From assembly GCA_963803435.1 (NCBI GenBank), contig CAWDML010000003.1, positions 64,001-128,000 of the forward strand: a DNA stretch of 64,000 nt, read 5' to 3'. Origin of the DNA: an uncultured delta proteobacterium. GTDB taxonomy: Bacteria; Myxococcota; Kuafuiibacteriia; Kuafuiibacteriales; Kuafuiibacteriaceae. Positions 59,083 to 64,000 of the stretch are shown here, in pieces (the first letter of the stretch is position 1; each line of letters starts with the position of its first letter). Made by a program: the position numbers and the translations under genes. The notes under the pieces are model-generated. The model saw only the letters and a program-made list of their open reading frames with translations. It made no database searches and had not been told where the DNA came from.

Positions 59083-61425
59083 ATGGGGGATCATAACGCG
59101 CAGTTCCGCGCGCTTTTGGAAGGGCTACCCAGTCCGGTGGTCGTCACCGAGCGCGACAGCGAGGTTGTCCTCTATGCGAACCAGCATGCCTCCGACGCGC
59201 TCGGCATCCCGCTCGACTCGCTCGTAGGCTGCCGCGCGCCGGAGTTGTTTCTCGATCTCGACGATCGCGCCGCGTTTCGGGCCGCGATCGCCCAGGGGAA
59301 TCTCGTCCGGGATCGGGAGGTCTGCCTGCGCGGCCCGAGCGACCGGCCCTTCTGGGCGCTTCTCTCGATGGAGCCGATCGACCTGGACGGACGCTCCGCG
59401 CTCTGCACGGCCTTCATCGACGTCAGCAGCGCGCGCCGGTCCCGCGAGTTCGTCGAGAACATCGTGGCGACTGTCCGGGCCCCGCTCCTGGTGCTCGATC
59501 ATGCGGCGAAGATCATCGCGGTGAACCGCGCCTACCTGATGGCGTTTTCGGTCACCGAGCACGAGGTCATCGGCCGGAGCCTGTTCGATCTGATGGACGG
59601 CGCTCTCGATCTGGCGGAAGTCCGGAGCGTGATCAGGGACGGAGGCGGCACCGTCGATCTCGAGATCACGGCGGAGCTCCCCTTCCGAGGACATTGCACG
59701 TTTCTCGTGAACGCACGCCGATTGCTGCGACCCGGCACCCACAGGGAGTCGGTGCTGGTGTCGCTGGAGGACTCGACGGATCGCAAGCGGTCGATCGACG
59801 AGCTCCTCCACGCCAAGGTGCTCGCCGAGCGCCGCTTCGCGGTTCGCACCGAGCGCCTCGCAGAGATCGAGCGGCGGCTCTCCGCGTTCACCTCGAACCT
59901 GCCCGGAATCGCGTATCGCTGCGTCAACGACGCCTCGTGGACCATGAAGTTCGTCAGCCCGGGTTGCCAGGAGCTGCTCGGGTATGCGCCGGCCGATCTG
60001 ATCGATAACCGGGTCGTCGCCTATGCCGATCTGATTCACCCCGACGATCGCGGACTGGTGTTCGCCAGCACCCAGGCTGGGCTCGCCGATCGAGGCCGTT
60101 TCCAGCGGGAGTATCGGGTCTTCGCGAAGGACCGCGAGGAGAAGTGGGTCTGGGAGCAGGGCGCCGGCGTGTTCGACCCCGAGGGGCGACTGATCGCCAT
60201 CGAAGGGATCATCACGGACATCTCGGCGCGCAAGCGGGCCGAGCAAGAGCGCGAGAGCCTCGAGCGCCAGATGCGGGCGGCGCAGCGGATGGAGGCCGTC
60301 GGACGGCTGGCCGGCGGGATCGCGCACGACTTCAACAACCTGCTCACGGTGATCCAGAGCTATGCGAACTTCCTGCTCGAATCGCTCCCGCGCGGCACCG
60401 CGCAGCCCTCCGACGTGCGCGTGATCCTGGACGCGTCCGAACGCGCCGCCCGGTTGACGAATCAGCTGCTGGCGTTCAGCCGCCGGCAGATCCAGGAGCT
60501 CGAGGTCGTCGACCTCAACGAGATCGTGACCTCGCTCGACACGATGTTCCGGCGGTTATTCGGCGAGGACATCGAGCTCTCGGTGTCGCTCGACCGCGCG
60601 CTCGGAAGAGTGAAGGCCGACGTCGGCCAGATCGAGCAGGTGCTGATGAACCTGGCGGTGAACGCGCGCGATGCGATGCCCAGGGGTGGCCGGCTGACCA
60701 TCGAGACGCAGAACGTGACCCTCGACGACGCCTACGTGGCCAAGAAGGCGAGCGGAGTGACGCCGGGCCGCTACGTGATGGTCTCGGTGACCGACTCCGG
60801 CGTGGGCATGGACGCGGAGACGCAGTCGCGGATCTTCGAGCCCTTCTTCACCACCAAGGCCAAGGACAAGGGCACCGGCCTCGGACTCTCCACCGTGTTC
60901 GGCATCGCCAAGCAGTCGGGAGGCCACATCTGGTGCTACAGCGAGGTCGGGCGGGGCTCCACGTTCAAGCTCTATCTTCCGCGGACCGACGCCCCCGCGA
61001 CCGGCGATCTCGAGGGGCCGAAGGTCCGTGAGGTCGTCGATGGCGATGCCACCATTTTGCTGGTGGAGGACGAAGCGCTCGTGCGGCGCGCTGCCGCCCG
61101 GATCCTCCGGCGCCGCGGCTTCGAGGTCCTCGAGGCGCAGAACGGAGAGGAGGCCCTCGAGGTCTGCCGGGCCCGCGGCCGCGACATCAGCCTCATGATC
61201 ACGGATATCGTGCTCCCGAAGATGGACGGCACCGAGCTCGCCCGCCGCGCTGGAATGCTGAACCCGGAGATGCGGGTGGTCTTCACGTCCGGGTACGCGG
61301 AGGCCGCCCTCGCCGGGGACGGGGTGCTGGGTGACGGGGCCTCCTTTCTCTCCAAACCGTTCACTCCCGAGAGCTTGCTGCACAAGATCCAGCTCGCACT
61401 GGAACGCGCCGCGCCGCGGCGTTAG
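59083..61425 (+). CDS. 3xPAS hybrid histidine kinase (CckA-like)
   Basis: AHDFNNLL, NLAVNARDAM, FFTTK..GTGLGL, C-terminal receiver. Confidence 0.93.
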   Translation: MGDHNAQFRALLEGLPSPVVVTERDSEVVLYANQHASDALGIPLDSLVGCRAPELFLDLDDRAAFRAAIAQGNLVRDREVCLRGPSDRPFWALLSMEPIDLDGRSALCTAFIDVSSARRSREFVENIVATVRAPLLVLDHAAKIIAVNRAYLMAFSVTEHEVIGRSLFDLMDGALDLAEVRSVIRDGGGTVDLEITAELPFRGHCTFLVNARRLLRPGTHRESVLVSLEDSTDRKRSIDELLHAKVLAERRFAVRTERLAEIERRLSAFTSNLPGIAYRCVNDASWTMKFVSPGCQELLGYAPADLIDNRVVAYADLIHPDDRGLVFASTQAGLADRGRFQREYRVFAKDREEKWVWEQGAGVFDPEGRLIAIEGIITDISARKRAEQERESLERQMRAAQRMEAVGRLAGGIAHDFNNLLTVIQSYANFLLESLPRGTAQPSDVRVILDASERAARLTNQLLAFSRRQIQELEVVDLNEIVTSLDTMFRRLFGEDIELSVSLDRALGRVKADVGQIEQVLMNLAVNARDAMPRGGRLTIETQNVTLDDAYVAKKASGVTPGRYVMVSVTDSGVGMDAETQSRIFEPFFTTKAKDKGTGLGLSTVFGIAKQSGGHIWCYSEVGRGSTFKLYLPRTDAPATGDLEGPKVREVVDGDATILLVEDEALVRRAAARILRRRGFEVLEAQNGEEALEVCRARGRDISLMITDIVLPKMDGTELARRAGMLNPEMRVVFTSGYAEAALAGDGVLGDGASFLSKPFTPESLLHKIQLALERAAPRR

Positions 61426-61434
61426 CTTCCGCGC

Positions 61435-62949
61435 GTGTCACGCCGACTGATCCTCGCCGCCCTCCTCGCCTTCGGTTGCAAGAAGACCGAGGGCGAGGCC
61501 GCCACGCCGCCGCCCGAGGTGAAGCAACCGCTGATGGAGACCGGCTTAGATCCCGGCGCGGGAGGCGCGCCCAGTACGCTGAAGGGGCTGCTGCTCGCGC
61601 TCCCGGCCAGCAAGAACGGTTGTCCCGACGACTACGACTACTTCCCGAACGGCGGGATGCGGATCTTCTGGTGCCACGCGCGGACCGTGCTCCCGTTCTC
61701 GGCGCTTGCGGAGCTCTCCGGGACGCGTGTGTTCCTCTCCGGCCCGCACACCCAAAACGCGCTCACGCTCGGCTCGAAGACCGACTTCGGACACTACAAC
61801 CCGGCGTTCGTGCGCTGGATGATCGACAAGGCCCTCCCGAGCGCCACCGATCCGTCCGCGAGGAAAGAGCTCGCGCCGATCTACGACCGCTATCTGCGGG
61901 AGCGCGGGCGCATCTATCTGTCCGCGCTCGCGATCGTGAAGGCCAACCCGGAGCGCTTCGACGAGGAGAGGAAGAGCTATCTCGAGCACGAGAACCCGCA
62001 GAACCGGTACGGCGAGGACTTCGCGCCCGCGCCTGCGATGGAAGACTGGCCGAACGAGCTCCCGCCCGCGGTCGCGTTCTGGGTGCGGCGGAGCATCGAC
62101 GGGACGGCCGGCCTCTTCGAGGAGGGCCTGGGCAAGCTCGTCGATGCCTACGACCCGGAGGCGAAGGCGGAGGTCTCGCGCCGCGACTGGAAGATCGCCG
62201 AGGCCGCGGAGCCAGACGCGGCGCTCCCGTTCTCGGGCGACTCGCTCGAAGCCAAGATCAAGAACGCCTGGGTCGCCGTGGCGAGCGTCGAGCCAGACGG
62301 GGCCTGTCCCGACCAGTTCGCGTACGACCCCGGTGGGCTCCGAGTTCAGTATTGTCGTGCGGCCTCGGTCCTCACCTACCGCACGTTGCAGACCGCGCTC
62401 GATCTCCCGATCTTCCTCAAGGGGCCTCACACCAAGACGGAGCTGTCGCTCGAGAGCAACGACTTCGGTCGCTACAACCCTAAGTTCGTCGGGTGGTTGG
62501 TCGACAACGGTGTCCCCGCCGCCACCGATCCGAAGCTCCGCGCGCTCACCCAGCCTTCGTACGACAGCCATCTGCAAGTGCCCGCGCGTCTCCTCTTGTT
62601 CACCCGCGAGCGCCTCTTGCGCGACGCCGCTCTCCGCGATCGACTGAAGCGCGAATACGCGGCGTTTCTCGCGGATCCCGAGTCGAAGCCTCAGCCTCGC
62701 TACGACTGGGAGAGTCTCATCTCCTCGTCGTCGTACGAGGTACAGACGATCGGGGCCAGCGGTCTGGCTTTCTGGCTGCGACGATCGATCGACGGTACCG
62801 ACGCCCTGTTCGACCGCGGCCTCCGGAAGGTGCTGAAGACCTACGATGCCGAGTGGCTGGCGAAGATGGAGCGCTCGAAGTCGTTGAGCGAGCTGCAGAC
62901 GAACGCAGGCTTCGGCGAAGACGTCCCCGAGGACGAGCTCGGCGATTGA
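61435..62949 (+). CDS. Lipoprotein with two tandem copies of an unrecognised domain
   Basis: Lipobox AFGC. GPH..FG.YNP.FV.W and AFW.RRSIDGT..F each occur twice. Confidence 0.85.
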   Translation: MSRRLILAALLAFGCKKTEGEAATPPPEVKQPLMETGLDPGAGGAPSTLKGLLLALPASKNGCPDDYDYFPNGGMRIFWCHARTVLPFSALAELSGTRVFLSGPHTQNALTLGSKTDFGHYNPAFVRWMIDKALPSATDPSARKELAPIYDRYLRERGRIYLSALAIVKANPERFDEERKSYLEHENPQNRYGEDFAPAPAMEDWPNELPPAVAFWVRRSIDGTAGLFEEGLGKLVDAYDPEAKAEVSRRDWKIAEAAEPDAALPFSGDSLEAKIKNAWVAVASVEPDGACPDQFAYDPGGLRVQYCRAASVLTYRTLQTALDLPIFLKGPHTKTELSLESNDFGRYNPKFVGWLVDNGVPAATDPKLRALTQPSYDSHLQVPARLLLFTRERLLRDAALRDRLKREYAAFLADPESKPQPRYDWESLISSSSYEVQTIGASGLAFWLRRSIDGTDALFDRGLRKVLKTYDAEWLAKMERSKSLSELQTNAGFGEDVPEDELGD

Positions 62950-63071
62950 GATCCGAGGCGTCCGATTCATCCGAATATCGGACACCGATGTCCGAGATCC
63001 GGACAGAAATCGAACGAATCGTGGCGCCGGATGGGCGGTAGGTTGGTCCCTCCTTTGCTCTTGGCGCCCGC

Positions 63072-63524
63072 ATGCTTTGGCTCGCATGCACGCTGGCGTT
63101 GAGCGCACAACAGGAAGCGGAGATCCTCGATCTCGAGGACGCGCTCGACGCCGTCAATCCGACGACACGGGACGCGATCGAGGCGGCGATCGAGCGCCGT
63201 CACGATCTCTTCGAGCTGCCGTTCCTCCTCGAAGACCTGGCATTTGCGCCGAGGACTCGGGATCGAACGATCGCGTTCTTCGCGCGGTTCTCCTTCGGCC
63301 GCCGTGAGACGCGGTCGACGTCCGCGTTTCTCCTCGGTGTCACACTCGACTTCGACGCGATGCTGCTGTCTCCGGAGCCGGAGTACGGCATGCCGCCCGA
63401 GGAGCGGCTTCGGCTCGACCGTTGCGCTGCGCTCGTCGCACCTCAACCGGTCAGCCCGTCCTTCGCGATCGCGCGGGCCCGAGCGGCCGAGCTGGCGGCG
63501 CTGGCGTGCGGAGGTGCGGGATGA
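63072..63524 (+). CDS. Exported hypothetical protein
   Basis: Signal peptide, ATGA coupling with the next gene. Confidence 0.55.
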   Translation: MLWLACTLALSAQQEAEILDLEDALDAVNPTTRDAIEAAIERRHDLFELPFLLEDLAFAPRTRDRTIAFFARFSFGRRETRSTSAFLLGVTLDFDAMLLSPEPEYGMPPEERLRLDRCAALVAPQPVSPSFAIARARAAELAALACGGAG

Positions 63525-64000
63525 TCGCGCTCCTCTTGCTGGCCACCGCCACGACGACGGTCGATCGCTGGGTCGACGACGTCGTCGCCGGGAAGGGCGG
63601 GCTCCCCAGCCTGCGCGCGGTGCAGGAGGCTGCCGTGTCCGCCCTCGAGCTGACACCGTCGGACGATGCCGCGGGCTGGGACTCGCGGGCGCGCTGGCGC
63701 GGCCTGGTGCCGCGGCTGGAGGCACGGTTCGGGACGGCCGCCGATCAGAGCATCCGCGACGGTGTCACCGGGACGGCGTGGGCGACGAGCCAGGGGCAGA
63801 ACCTGGGCCTCGACGTGGCGGCGAAGTGGGAGCTGGGCGAGCTCGTGTTCAACGATCTGGAGCTGCGTGCGAACCGGGAGCGGATCGCCCGCGCGGCCCG
63901 CGTCGCGCTCGCACGGGAGCGGGCCACCACGATCTACTTCGAGCGCGTCCGGAACTTGATCGCGCTGAGGACCCGGCCGACGGAGGCGCTGGTGATCGAA
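63521..64000 (+). CDS. Exported hypothetical protein (TolC-like motifs), 3'-truncated; not in the ORF track
   Basis: Translates MIALLLLAT..PSLRAVQEAA..SRARWRGLVPRL..WELGELVF..IYFER and stays open to the window end. Confidence 0.7.
   Translation, partial: MIALLLLATATTTVDRWVDDVVAGKGGLPSLRAVQEAAVSALELTPSDDAAGWDSRARWRGLVPRLEARFGTAADQSIRDGVTGTAWATSQGQNLGLDVAAKWELGELVFNDLELRANRERIARAARVALARERATTIYFERVRNLIALRTRPTEALVIE

Noticed and set aside
24596-64000. Prophage or integrative island at tRNA-Asn
   Set aside because: No integrase, phage or conjugation genes, and no distal tRNA 3' repeat noticed.

Overview
GC-rich bacterial DNA with myxobacterial (Myxococcota-like) gene content: Hanks-type kinases, FHA and PEGA domains, a DUF1552/DUF1592 pair, Cys-rich lipoproteins and many histidine kinases. 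It holds about 47 CDS and one tRNA-Asn(GTT). The most notable system is a three-gene minus-strand operon at 34204-41735. It encodes a Ser/Thr kinase, a 2xcNMP-4x[4Fe-4S]-diheme-b membrane protein, and a 3xFHA-7-heme-c-ferredoxin-NADPH flavoreductase fusion. Together these look like a transmembrane electron conduit gated by cyclic nucleotide and phosphorylation. Second is a 1.2-kb element (7028-8230) bounded by CTAG and 65/70-identical inverted repeats with hexamer arrays; it carries a four-helix-bundle gene and a truncated IS1182 transposase. Also seen: an in-frame tandem-repeat insertion inside the kinase catalytic domain, an ETR1-like (ethylene-receptor-type) histidine kinase, an amine-oxidation operon, two dense signalling blocks, and four single-base gene lesions that may be assembly errors. 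All family assignments come from motif recognition by eye; no database searches were run.
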